Shown piece after piece: positions 1 through 10,554 of a DNA stretch of 55,172 nt. The translations under genes and the position numbers were made by a program. Origin of the DNA: Candidatus Methanomethylicia archaeon (GTDB lineage: Archaea; Thermoproteota; Methanomethylicia; CALHIW01); contig JAWBQF010000014.1 in assembly GCA_038845975.1 (NCBI GenBank), positions 11,910 to 67,081 of the forward strand. Direction: 5' to 3'. Position 1 is the stretch's first letter. Each line of letters begins with the position of its first letter. Below the pieces are notes generated by a model. It saw only the letters and a list, made by a program, of their open reading frames with translations. It did not search any database and was not told where the DNA came from.

Positions 1-499
1 CCTATTAATTCTATTAAGCTATACTATGTTTAATTAAGCATGATGCTTGTAGTAATGAGTATCAATTTAATACAATTACATTAACCGTAGATAGCTCTAA
101 TCTTCTAGGAATGTTAGTGATGTAAGCATATTTACAGCATTACGGAGACATGTATAGAATGTAATTATCGAATCCTCCTTAATAATGGCTTAAAATCAAC
201 ATAACAATCTTCCTCATAAACCTACAATTATAATAGTATCATCAACCATAACAATCCTAACATATTTCCATCGAATTCAAAAAAGACTTAAACCTAATAT
301 AGATACCATAACTTCTATTAACAATAAAACTTAAAATATCTAAAGCCATTCTAGACGAATGAAAATATGTAAGCACCATAAAAACTAAATTAAATGTGGT
401 TCTCTCCTTTTTCCGTTTGATACTATAAATAAGAGAGGACCTTAAATAAAGCTAAAGTTAACAAAACCCTACTTGGAGTAGTAAAGCTTTTAAGATGTT

Positions 500-862
500 T
501 TGTATTGGTTTATTGTGTCTATTGGTAGGCAGCTTCTTGAAGAGTTGAGGAGGGATGAGGAGATTCGCGTAGAGCTTTCAAGAGAGCTTATTCCTGAAAT
601 TATTAGGGATAAGGGCTTAAGGAGAGCAGTACTAATAGCTTTATCTAGGGAGATGGTGACGAAGGATGATGTAAAGGAGTTGAAAGAATATATTGATAAG
701 AGGACTGATGAGGTGAATAGGAGAATTGATAGTATGCTTAATGAGGTGAATAGGAGAATTGATGGCATGCTTAGATGGATTATTGGATTAATAGTTGGTA
801 TGTGGGCAACAGTTATGGCTACCCTGATAACCATACTTCTAAAGCTTACAGGAGCATTCTAA
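500..862 (+). CDS. Small coiled-coil protein with C-terminal TM anchor (DUF1640/CCDC90-like head-neck-stalk-anchor, paREP-like); real start may be GTG 515
   Basis: 'MVTKDD' neck, repeated 'NEVNRRID' stalk, hydrophobic C-terminus 'WIIGLIVGMWATVMATLITILL'. Confidence 0.8.
   Translation: MYWFIVSIGRQLLEELRRDEEIRVELSRELIPEIIRDKGLRRAVLIALSREMVTKDDVKELKEYIDKRTDEVNRRIDSMLNEVNRRIDGMLRWIIGLIVGMWATVMATLITILLKLTGAF
708..773 (+). repeat. In-frame 33-bp tandem repeat x2 (11-residue unit)
   Basis: atgaggtgaataggagaattgat(agt/ggc)atgctta at 708 and 741. Confidence 0.9.
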
Positions 863-1809
863 AACTATACTAATCCATTTTATGAATGTATTTAGTATTT
901 TAAGCTTATATCTTGGAGTTCTATAGGTTTATAGTTTAACCCTGGATGTATTCAGCTAAGAAGGTATGTTTAGCTTTAATCCAGTTGATTTGGAGAGGTA
1001 AAATAATAGTGTTTTAAGTGAAATATAGGTATTCAAGAGTGTGGACTATATGATTACAGTAAACCGGTAGGTAATGGTTGGCGGGAGTAGGAAGATGTTT
1101 ATCGGTAATTTTGAATTTTGGAGGTGACTCATGGTATAAGTAGACGGATTTGGATATCTTAACAATTGTATTGGTGGCTTTGACTCTACATGGTATTAGG
1201 CAAGTTGAAGTGGATAATATAGGCATGGATATGTGAATTCTTCTAGATGGATGAACTGGAGGTAAAATTGCTAGGAGCTATGAGGTATCAATAATTAAAC
1301 TATGGATGCAAGTACTAGAGATATTTATAAGCTTATAGCTAACAGCATTAAACATGTAAAAGATTAAGAGGATATAAATAATCAATAATAGAGATCCTAT
1401 ACATTTTAATACCAAATCTTATTGGGAGGAGCTTAAATGTTTAAAGCATCCTCTATAGTTTAGCTTAATCATATTGCTAAAATGTAGGGTTAACATTTTA
1501 CTTCTTTAGGATGTTAAATCCATTTCTATCTTTTCAGTTCTTAACAATCCTTAATGAGGATTTCCTCCCACTTTATTCCGTAGGGAATTCTTCATTTCCA
1601 TTTAAGTTCTTTGTAAAGTATGAATTATATGTTAATGGGGCATTAGCATATTTATAATGGTTAGCAGTAAATACTATTAACGGATTTGAAGGATGTACAG
1701 TCTATAGAATTTATTTAAGATTTAAATCACTACTCCATTACGCTATAAACATAAATTGTTGAGATGTAGTATTTGATGATTGTTAATGTAGGGAAGTGGA
1801 AGGAAGGAT

Positions 1810-2100
1810 ATGAAGGATATATTAGTGGGAGGATTGATGAAGTATGGAAGGATTAGCAATATGTTTATGAGATGAGTAGAGAATTGATAGTGTGTGAATG
1901 GATTATTGGATTAGTATGTAGTAACAGTTATGGTTAGCATTATAGCATACTTCTAAAGCTAGAGAAGCTAATACTAATATTCATTCTACAGAATATTTAA
2001 GCTCTTATAACTTAAGAGCTATAAGGTTTACGGCTTAGTTTTGATGTGTTTAGCTCTATGAGTTAATATGTTACTGTTAATCTGTTGGTTTAGAGAGGGG
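1810..2100 (+). pseudogene. Decayed duplicate of the 3' half and downstream flank of the 500-862 gene
   Basis: Colinear shared blocks with ~680-1000: gagaattgatag, atggattattggatta, aacagttatgg, catacttctaaagct; stops and indels present. Confidence 0.7.
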
Positions 2101-2165
2101 TTAAATTGAAATCTCATGTTTATAGGATGTTGGCTTGAAGACTATGTTATCCATTATGAGTACTT

Positions 2166-2546
2166 TTAAATAGTATTGAAGGCTAGGAGTGCTTCGCTTT
2201 TCCTTATCTGTCTTGTTACTGGATCAACTTCAAGACCTAAGCTTTCCATTCCATGTAGTCCAAAGAATTGAGCATCTCCATCCTCAGCGAAAACAACTAC
2301 TGTTGGTGCAGCTTCATTATCATACTCAACAAATACGTATCCTACTTTCCTTTCAATAATAGTACCACTTATAGTCTTGAATTTCTTTTTTCCAATAGGT
2401 TCAATTTTAAGCTTTTCAAGAATTCTCTTATTAATCCATGAATATGTTGCTCCAGTATCAACTAGAAGCTTTACTTCTTCAAAGTTCTCATCTTCTGGAA
2501 TCTTTCGAATTCTAACAATAATATGGGTTTCCCCAATGGTATCCAC
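2166..2546 (-). CDS. Retropepsin-like (clan AA) aspartyl protease
   Basis: 'LLVDTGATYSWI' catalytic motif and C-terminal 'G..GMESLGLEVDP'. Confidence 0.88.
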   Translation of the reverse strand: MDTIGETHIIVRIRKIPEDENFEEVKLLVDTGATYSWINKRILEKLKIEPIGKKKFKTISGTIIERKVGYVFVEYDNEAAPTVVVFAEDGDAQFFGLHGMESLGLEVDPVTRQIRKSEALLAFNTI

Positions 2547-2816
2547 CTAGACTTAGATTATTCTTCTAATATTTAAAGGTATTTCATTTAACTTCAAAAG
2601 TTAAGAAGTCTAACAACAACATTTAAACACTTATTTAAACTATCAACGGACTTGACAACTTAGCATATCGTAGCTTTCTTCTTAAGTTGCCAGGTCCCTA
2701 TCAACAATTCATTTATGGTTAAACTATAGGCTTCCTACTGAATTTACAATGATGTCTAGTCTAGTGAGGATGTTAATATATTATGGTGATGTGTAGGGTT
2801 GAGGATGTTAATATTG

Positions 2817-3395
2817 TTATTGTTGTTTCTTGTATTTCTTTCCTAGGTGGTATGCTTTTATGAATAGTCCTGTTAGGAATATTTTGTATGCTGCTTCCGA
2901 TCCGTTTTCAATCCATATCTTCTTTCCTATTTCAGATATTCTTTCAGCCTCCTCAATGCTTATATCATCAACATCCTTGTTTAAAACGTTTTTAAGGAAT
3001 TCAGAATCCTCTTTTGATATTGGGTTTGGAAGTATTATTGTTGGTGATAGTCTTCTAGCCTCATTAACTAGGAATGTACTTTCCTCCCTAGTTATCACAC
3101 CCTTAACACCTAGAAACTCAATAAGCATAGAATTTATAGATAAAGTGGAGCTTCTAATAGAATCAGCAATAATAACAATCTCCCTACGAATCCCCCTAAT
3201 CTCATTACCTACTGCTTCAAACCTCTTATCTATTGCTTCAAACCTCTTATCTATAGATTCAAATCTCTTATCTATTACTTCAAACCTCTTATCTATTGCT
3301 TCAAATTTCCTACCTAACCAGTATGCTATGGAGGATATTGAGACTATTATTGATGCTAGGCTTCCAATGCCGACGATAAGCTCAATACTTAACAC
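2817..3395 (-). CDS. N-terminally membrane-anchored coiled-coil protein with heptad repeats (paREP-like)
   Basis: Hydrophobic N-terminus ending 'AYWLGRKF', (FE[AVS]IDKR)x4, helical C-terminal domain. Confidence 0.8.
   Translation of the reverse strand: MLSIELIVGIGSLASIIVSISSIAYWLGRKFEAIDKRFEVIDKRFESIDKRFEAIDKRFEAVGNEIRGIRREIVIIADSIRSSTLSINSMLIEFLGVKGVITREESTFLVNEARRLSPTIILPNPISKEDSEFLKNVLNKDVDDISIEEAERISEIGKKIWIENGSEAAYKIFLTGLFIKAYHLGKKYKKQQ
3213..3305. repeat. In-frame 21-bp tandem repeat, ~4.4 copies
   Basis: Unit tgcttcaaacctcttatctat with few substitutions. Confidence 0.92.
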
Positions 3396-4406
3396 AAATA
3401 GTTAAAGTTGAAAGATACTAATAAACTTTTACTGAATTTTATTTAAAATGTTTAAGTATGGTGATTACACTATGTCGAATATTCTAATATTATGGTTTTA
3501 TAAGATGAAGCCATAATATTTGCTTCATGATATTATTAATTTATCTAAGGGGATTAATGATTTTAGTAGGGTAGTCATGAACGTGTAAGTGAATTCATAG
3601 ATTGTGGATCATATTACTTATCATAGTCGTTGTATGTTAGGTATAGTGTTGGAATCATTCATCACTTTCCTATCGCTTATTTATCGTATTTCTTAGGTGT
3701 TTGTCATTTGATGACGGTATTATAATATTAGCATAATGCTATGTAGCATACCTTCCTCTAACTTTAATGACCTCTCGTATCTACTAACGTATTGATTATT
3801 TCCTTATGGGGCTCTAAATGCTCATTACTTCTTGACATAAACTTGATGTATTCGATCTACTAGCTGATCGTAATAGTATTTAATATTTAAATCTTATAGG
3901 CTATTTTATAATTACACAACCTATTTACGAATTCTTGAATGCAGCTATGGGATAAGTAAACTTGAGTTAGGATTCTTTAATATCTTAAGTTGTTATGGAG
4001 TTTCTATTGAGAATTAGCTTAATCGTGGTGTAAGTCTGGGATGATGATTATAATGTGTTCTCTAAACTTATAATGATGAAGACGGTTTTAACGTTACCAT
4101 TAGCATTTCAGTAAAAATATTTTAGGACTAGATTTCCACAATTATTAATCATCATAAAGCAAATCTAAACGGTAAACATCATCAACCCACTTAATAATCT
4201 AGATGAGTCTTCACTTGAAGGAAGATTGAAGCATCTATAAGAAGCATTGGAGTAAACTTAAGGTATTAGGAATGGATTTGAAACTCCGCTTCACCTTAGA
4301 ATATCGTTATTGATTCTATCTAATTGTTATGAAGCCTAGATGTATGTGGAGCTAATGCTTAAGCTTGGAAGGTAGTTGATTTGTTGGAAATGTTTTTATA
4401 GTTACT

Positions 4407-5455
4407 GTGTTAGGAGGGTTGTGGAGGTTTGTTGATCGTGTGAGGGAATTGGAGTCTTTGAGGGAGTATAGCTCATGTTTTAGAGCATTGGTTTTATATC
4501 TTTACGGTCCTGAGGGATGTGGTAAGACTAGGCTTTTAAGGGAGTTTATATCTAGATTTGATAGGTTTTTCGGCGATGATGCTATAGCGGTTTATATCGA
4601 TGCTATTGAGGGGCATGATATTATGAGGGCTATTGCCTCCTCATCATCTATCTCTAGGATTCTTAATATATTTGAGGTTGGTCTTGAGGTTTCTAGAGAT
4701 CTTATTCAGCAGGGTATTCCATTAGGTCAAGCTCTCTCGAAATCGTTATCCCTCCTTATAGATAGAGTTGCTGAGAAAGCCTTTAGGAAAAGTCTTGAGG
4801 ATAAGTTTATTCTAGTTGTTGTTGATGATGATGCTAGGGTTATTAGCTTGGATAGGATTGACTGGTATGTTAAGTGGCTTTATGAGTTGAAGTGAAGATT
4901 AGTGAGGAGTATAAAGCAAGAGCAGTAAACTTTATAGCAACGACAAGCGAGGGGATTAGTAGAAGGCTTATTGCTAAACATAGTCATGGAAGAATAGAGA
5001 TTATCCGGAATCTTGAAAGAGGAGGGTTCGAGGATTTATTTAGCCAGTTAAACCCACCTAGAAATGTTCTCCTTGAGGATTTATGGAAGCTACTTGGAGG
5101 TAATCCTAGAAAACTTATTGAGCTTGCTCAGGACTATAAGTGGAGTATTGATGGGATGATTAAAGCATACAAGGTTAAACTTCAGGAAGTTATAAGAGAT
5201 ATTTATAGTGTAAGTCTTGGAGAGGAGCTTAGGAAAACGGTGGAGGACATTAAGTATCTTGATGAAAACATAAACGAGAAAACCCGTATGCTTACCGGAA
5301 TTCTTGAGAAGCATAATCTAATACTATACAAGTATTGGATTAAGATGACGGGAGAGGAGTTTATAGAAGTAGATGATGAAGTGGGATTGGGTAAGTATTA
5401 TGCTTAGCAAACGCCTCTATATAGAGAGGTATTAAGTAAAATTCTGGAGGAATAG
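4407..5455 (+). pseudogene. Archaeal P-loop ATPase (ATPase_2-like) disrupted by a frameshift (~4890) and a premature TAG (5405-5407)
   Basis: 'FVDRVREL', Walker A 'YGPEGCGKT', 'VVVDD' in 4407-4895; continues in another frame ('ATTSEG', 'GGNPR') in 4892-5407; frame runs on past TAG as QTPLYREVLSKILEE to 5455. Confidence 0.8.
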
Positions 5456-5996
5456 CTTAAGGATGTTAAGATATGATTATGACTGTTTACGCTAGCTATT
5501 CCTCAACCCTCTTCATATTTGCTCTGCAAAACATCTTGATTAGCATGATGCCGTTCTTAAATTTTAAGTTAGAGATGCTCCCCCACCGAAATGTACTTCC
5601 TAGCATTATCTCAAATACACTATCAATAATATGTTTGTCAGGATTCTACTTAGTAGCTGTTAAGCTCCTTACAACTCCTATACGTAGAGAATGGTAAAAA
5701 TTGGGAGGGAATTTCAGTAAATTAAGCATACTTTAAACCAATAAGTCTTCATCCTTAGAGTTATAGGTTTAATTTGAATAATGTATTTGCAACGTAAATA
5801 TGTACAAGATAATTTTAGTGATGTAGGCTTAAGCTCTAGGTAAAGTAGCTCATATTGTCTAGGCAGTATGAATTGATGACTTACTATATTTGAAGATATT
5901 ATCAGGGTTATTGAAGAGTTTCTGTCTCTTGATGGTTGGTAGGCATTCAATATGGAATGTAAATTAGAAAACATTAAATACATTTTCTAGCTGTAA

Positions 5997-8900
5997 CTAA
6001 CCCTTACTAAGAGTTTTCAAGTGAACTTTACGTAGTATCCGTATCCCATATGGTTTGCTTAATATAGTTATTATTGCTATTAATGTTGCTATTGATATTA
6101 TTATTCCCGCTATGTATGCTTCCCTTATTCTAAGCTTTATTACCATTTCTTTCTGGGCTGGGTATGCATTGAATATTAGGCTTTGTATGGGTTTACATGT
6201 TTCCTTGCTATATGCTAGCCATAATGGATTGTATGATTGCTTAAATACAATTATGTTTCCACTTATGTTTTCAATATTGTATTCTAGTGGTGATTTCTTG
6301 GTGACTATGGGTTCCTCAATGTTTTTAATCTTTACTTCTCCCTGCTCTACTACTGTTATGTGGCTTATGGTTACGTTTCCCTCTATATATATTTTCAATA
6401 TGTTTACTCCCCTTCCTGCTTTAACTATTGACTTTATGAGTGTATTGCTTATTTCAGCATTGTATATTGTATTGTTAAAATCCATCTTTACATTACCTAC
6501 TACACCGTTAGCTTTCACATTTACAATGTATGTTCCACTCTTAAAGGTTTGGGTTTTTAATTCAATTACTCCATAATGGCTTATTGTTAATGGTTCATGT
6601 TTATGTATGTTTATTGTTTTTACTCTTGGATTGCTTAGAATTCCCTCTAGTTTAAGTATTGTTTGATTTATTTCCTCTAATTTTACCAGTACTAGATTTC
6701 CTAAGATTGCTTTACCCTGCTTTAATAATATTTTAAGATTATGAATTCCTGATGTTAGATGTATTGTTTGTATTGGAGTGTATTTGAATGCTGATGTTGG
6801 TGAGTATGGATTTAAATCTGTTAGCCATGAGTTGTCAAGATATATTTTTAAAGAGGGAGGATTAGGGCTTAGCCATGTCTTAACCCATAACTGATATACT
6901 CCATCTTCCCTAACATTTAGATTAACTATTACTGTGGAGCCTTCTTCCTCTGAATATATAACTCCATTATGTATACATCCTCTATTAGCGATTTCATTTA
7001 GACCTTCCTTCCACCATTCATAGCTTGCTGGAGACCATCCATTTAAGAGGAAGCTTAATGGATTATAAATATCACCAGCTAAATGTACAGCAGCATCAAT
7101 TATGTTTGTGTTGAGGAATACGAATGTTGTATTGCTTAGATTTAGAATTGTGTTAAGCTCCTCCATGCTTAAATCCTCAATCATAAATGTAGCCTCCATG
7201 TTCGGAATAATTGTTAGGGCTTCAAGATCACCTACAATTATTAGGCTATTATTAGTAGCTGTGAAGTCTCTAGGATTTACGTATGGATTCTCATAAATTC
7301 TTAAACATCCAATCCTATGGGTTAGTTTAAAGGTTTTATTAAGCTCACTTTCAACCCTCCAAATATCCTCCTCTCCCCTAAGTATATTTGTACATGAAGA
7401 TGCTGTAACATCCCTTCTGAATATAATGTATTTAACGTTAAGTATGTTTAGGATAGGTATTAATTCACTAAATCCCCTATAATATATCTGATTATGTAGG
7501 AAATGTAGAAACCAAATAGTATCCCTTACACCTCCAAACCATTCCTCAACATGTGTAAACCCTACACTAGGCTTACTAAAAACACTATATCTAATAGGAT
7601 CTATTATACTCCATAACCCCTTCATCTTCGGCCTCCAACTAAACTCAGCTCCTATCTCAACAGGTGGAAGCCATAAAACCCTAAAGTTTCCGGATTTATC
7701 TTGAAGCCAATGGTCAACATCCATATACTCCCTAGGGAAATCGAAGGGTTGAAGATATCCGTAAAGATTTCCTGTTAATAATGGCCAGGAGTTAATTAAT
7801 AGGAGAACAATTATGGCTATTGTAAGCCCCCTTAACTTAGTTCTTGAAATCCAATCTATAGTATACGCTGTAGCTATGGAGTATGCTAAACAGATCATTG
7901 AAACCATCTTGTTGGGATCCCTATATATTGTGTAGAAGGGGATATTCTCATATAGGAATTTATTAACTGGCTGAAAGGGCCAGTTTAAACCTACAGCCAA
8001 TATGCTGTATATGATGACTATAAGTAGGGGGAGCTTAACTCTCTTAAAGGATAGTATTAACATAATGAATGGAAGAAAGCTTAAAGTCCACCATAAATCC
8101 GTAAATATGGATGGAAGACCGGATTTAAATACATTCCACCATCCACTCCAAAAGTATCCATGAAGTCTCAATACGTTAACTATGTTTGACTCAATGCTTA
8201 AAGCCTCAATATCATTTATGGATACATTACTATTAATAGACTCTGAGACCATTGGAAATGTTATTATCCAATAGCTGTTTAGAAGCATAGCTAGCATAAT
8301 GATGATTAACGTTAACTTATACGTCCTCAAAATATTCCTTAATCCTTTAAGTTTAAGTGGATATATTAAAATTATTAGTATCATTAATGGTGCTAGATGA
8401 TATGAAATTGATATTATTAATGCTAGTAGAAGTGATGATTGTAAAATCGGCTTTAATCTCCCTTCATCAATACCTTTAAAGTATAATGCTAGCATTAATG
8501 GTGTTAAAGCGTAAGCTATAAGTATGGATATATGTCCTGACAGGATTCTATCTATAATCCATGGGTTATATATGTATAGGGTTACTGAGGCTAGATTAGA
8601 TGTGTAGTTCTTCACGAAGTATTTTGATAAAGTATACATTGAGAAGCCAGCTATAATAAATACAATTGGAAACAGTAGCCTACTAGCATTTTCGAAGCCT
8701 AAAAGTACATGCATAATATAGTAGATAATGTATTGAGGAAGATTTGCTAACGGTATTGGTGTTGTTAAACGTCCTATTAGAAAGCTTTCATCCCAAAGAC
8801 TTATACATTTAATAATCTCCCTATCTGGGAAGATAGGAAGTACATAGTCTCCAATCGCAAAATATCCATCTCTAACAATAAGCTCTATAAATGGAGTTAT

Positions 8901-9062
8901 TGATAGGAGAAAAATAACTATTAGCTTTACGATGCTAATCATTCTAGACCTTGACATCTTTATGATAAGCCTCATCTTTTTACAATATGAAAATAGATTT
9001 CTCAATGTAATGCTCATAACCATCAAGAAATAAGTAAACAGCATAATACTATCAGCTTTCAA
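5997..9062 (-). CDS. Large multi-TM GT-C-type glycosyltransferase-like protein (AftD/YfhO-like) with extracellular beta-rich/CBM-like domains; start may be 8957
   Basis: Many N-terminal TM segments, 'YNPW..DR..SGH', 'YRDPNK', 'FRVLWLP', 'LNVKYII', 'QSYNPLW', C-terminal TM. Confidence 0.7.
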   Translation of the reverse strand: MKADSIMLFTYFLMVMSITLRNLFSYCKKMRLIIKMSRSRMISIVKLIVIFLLSITPFIELIVRDGYFAIGDYVLPIFPDREIIKCISLWDESFLIGRLTTPIPLANLPQYIIYYIMHVLLGFENASRLLFPIVFIIAGFSMYTLSKYFVKNYTSNLASVTLYIYNPWIIDRILSGHISILIAYALTPLMLALYFKGIDEGRLKPILQSSLLLALIISISYHLAPLMILIILIYPLKLKGLRNILRTYKLTLIIIMLAMLLNSYWIITFPMVSESINSNVSINDIEALSIESNIVNVLRLHGYFWSGWWNVFKSGLPSIFTDLWWTLSFLPFIMLILSFKRVKLPLLIVIIYSILAVGLNWPFQPVNKFLYENIPFYTIYRDPNKMVSMICLAYSIATAYTIDWISRTKLRGLTIAIIVLLLINSWPLLTGNLYGYLQPFDFPREYMDVDHWLQDKSGNFRVLWLPPVEIGAEFSWRPKMKGLWSIIDPIRYSVFSKPSVGFTHVEEWFGGVRDTIWFLHFLHNQIYYRGFSELIPILNILNVKYIIFRRDVTASSCTNILRGEEDIWRVESELNKTFKLTHRIGCLRIYENPYVNPRDFTATNNSLIIVGDLEALTIIPNMEATFMIEDLSMEELNTILNLSNTTFVFLNTNIIDAAVHLAGDIYNPLSFLLNGWSPASYEWWKEGLNEIANRGCIHNGVIYSEEEGSTVIVNLNVREDGVYQLWVKTWLSPNPPSLKIYLDNSWLTDLNPYSPTSAFKYTPIQTIHLTSGIHNLKILLKQGKAILGNLVLVKLEEINQTILKLEGILSNPRVKTINIHKHEPLTISHYGVIELKTQTFKSGTYIVNVKANGVVGNVKMDFNNTIYNAEISNTLIKSIVKAGRGVNILKIYIEGNVTISHITVVEQGEVKIKNIEEPIVTKKSPLEYNIENISGNIIVFKQSYNPLWLAYSKETCKPIQSLIFNAYPAQKEMVIKLRIREAYIAGIIISIATLIAIITILSKPYGIRILRKVHLKTLSKG

Positions 9063-9063
9063 A

Positions 9064-10554
9064 TTATTTTAAACTCCATTCCTCATGAATTGTAATGTAC
9101 TTGTAGCTATCGCTATCCTTATCATATCCCATAACACTTAATATAAGCTTTCCATCCACTTCATGGCCTGGTATCGTTAGCAAGATCGTGTTTGTCTTAG
9201 TTATGTTTTGCCCAGGCTCATTAACGTATTTGCTATCATACATCCATCCATACTCATACCAATCCATATTCCATGGTGAATGTTTAAGTATTGCTATTAA
9301 ATCCTTCACTACAGCTTCCCTAGGAAGCGGATTGAAACGGTCATCCAGACATAGCCATCCCCCATTACCGACTCTTATAAAGCATGGCATCGATAGATTA
9401 AATAGTTCTGAACCGATTTTAAGCCTCCAGTTAGCATATGAGTAAAACTTTATGTTCTCCCTAATCATATCATCCATATTGAAACCCCAATCCCCATTCC
9501 ATATATGTAGCCCTAAAACTTCAGATATTTTCGACCCTATATATCTTCCACATCCACTACTACCACGCATAATAATTGTATTGGCATCTGTTAACTGTAG
9601 ACATGAATCCTCATAGGCGGTTTTATCTAAGTTCTTTAAAGCATATCCATCTTCATATAGAATCCAAGTGTTTGGCTGGGATGCTGATGATCCAACAGTT
9701 ATAAGTATTAATCCATTATCCCTCATCCAGTCGTAAACTAGAGACCTACCATATTTCGAGTTATCAGCTACTCCCTGTGAATGGTTTGGATCGATTATAC
9801 ATGCTGGAAGCGTAGCGTTTAGAAATGGAATGTTTACAGATGATAATGGATAAATGAATATTAGTATGCATCTACTTCTATTCTCTACAAGTTCCTTTAG
9901 CTTCTCCCAATTAGCTTTACTTATACTTACTCCATGTCTTAATGCTTCACTTATAAGTGTATCTGTAAGGTTTAAGGTACTTTTAGGCATGTATCTATAG
10001 TCATGGAATACATATATGGGAATTGATGTGTTAGTATGGTTTCTACATGTAAATAGCTTAATGTTTATATTGGAGTATCCTAAAGACTCTAGTAAATATG
10101 TGACATTAATTTTTGTAAAGCAATTATCTATTTTCTCAACATATACTCCAGTAAAGTTAATTTCTAACTTATTACTAAATACTGGCGTACTTATTACTAA
10201 AGATGAATTCATATCGTATTTCCCTCCTCTACCAGTTACTGTTATGATGTATTTCACTCCTTTAAGCCAGTAGAAAAACACATTAACTACTACATTTTCT
10301 CCAGGTTTTAATACTGTTTTATCTGAATTCCATGTAAACACTCTCGATCCATTTATGATAATATGGTTCAGCTCAATATCTACGCTTCCATCATTAGTAA
10401 CTAATAGCTTAAAGCCTCTACTATTCATGGTTAAATATGCATTAGCATCGACAAGTCTCATAGAGGCAACTCCAAAAGTACCTAGCTGGATATATAGAAT
10501 CACTATAAATATTGCTGCTAATATTAATACTAAGATTGTTTTCAGGTTTTTCAA
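9064..10554 (-). CDS. Membrane-anchored/secreted hypothetical protein with N-terminal Ig/pilin-like domain
   Basis: Signal anchor, 'VTNDGSVDIEL..IIING...LKPGE' pattern, many N-x-S/T sequons; overlaps upstream stop. Confidence 0.7.
   Translation of the reverse strand: MKNLKTILVLILAAIFIVILYIQLGTFGVASMRLVDANAYLTMNSRGFKLLVTNDGSVDIELNHIIINGSRVFTWNSDKTVLKPGENVVVNVFFYWLKGVKYIITVTGRGGKYDMNSSLVISTPVFSNKLEINFTGVYVEKIDNCFTKINVTYLLESLGYSNINIKLFTCRNHTNTSIPIYVFHDYRYMPKSTLNLTDTLISEALRHGVSISKANWEKLKELVENRSRCILIFIYPLSSVNIPFLNATLPACIIDPNHSQGVADNSKYGRSLVYDWMRDNGLILITVGSSASQPNTWILYEDGYALKNLDKTAYEDSCLQLTDANTIIMRGSSGCGRYIGSKISEVLGLHIWNGDWGFNMDDMIRENIKFYSYANWRLKIGSELFNLSMPCFIRVGNGGWLCLDDRFNPLPREAVVKDLIAILKHSPWNMDWYEYGWMYDSKYVNEPGQNITKTNTILLTIPGHEVDGKLILSVMGYDKDSDSYKYITIHEEWSLK

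Noticed and set aside
490-834. 114-aa minus-strand ORF
   Set aside because: Antisense shadow of 500-862; Ser/Leu/Ile-rich composition typical of reverse frames
1014-1226. 70-aa minus-strand ORF
   Set aside because: No motif or recognisable family; likely spurious
2830-3405. 191-aa plus-strand ORF with 'SNLLSI' repeats
   Set aside because: Antisense shadow of the 2817-3395 heptad gene
4108-4155. Minus-strand ATGATGA...CTGA at C/D-like spacing
   Set aside because: No credible D'/C' boxes and the guides would be almost all A/T
4268-4295. ggatttgaaactccgc resembling a reverse tRNA T-arm or att site
   Set aside because: Imperfect T-loop, no cloverleaf, no second copy or integrase
5405-5407. 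Amber readthrough (pyrrolysine) in the ATPase
   Set aside because: A TGG-to-TAG change plus an independent frameshift is more simply pseudogenisation; no pyl genes seen
5473-5983. 74-aa and 89-aa ORFs
   Set aside because: No recognisable features; may be eroded DNA but cannot be supported
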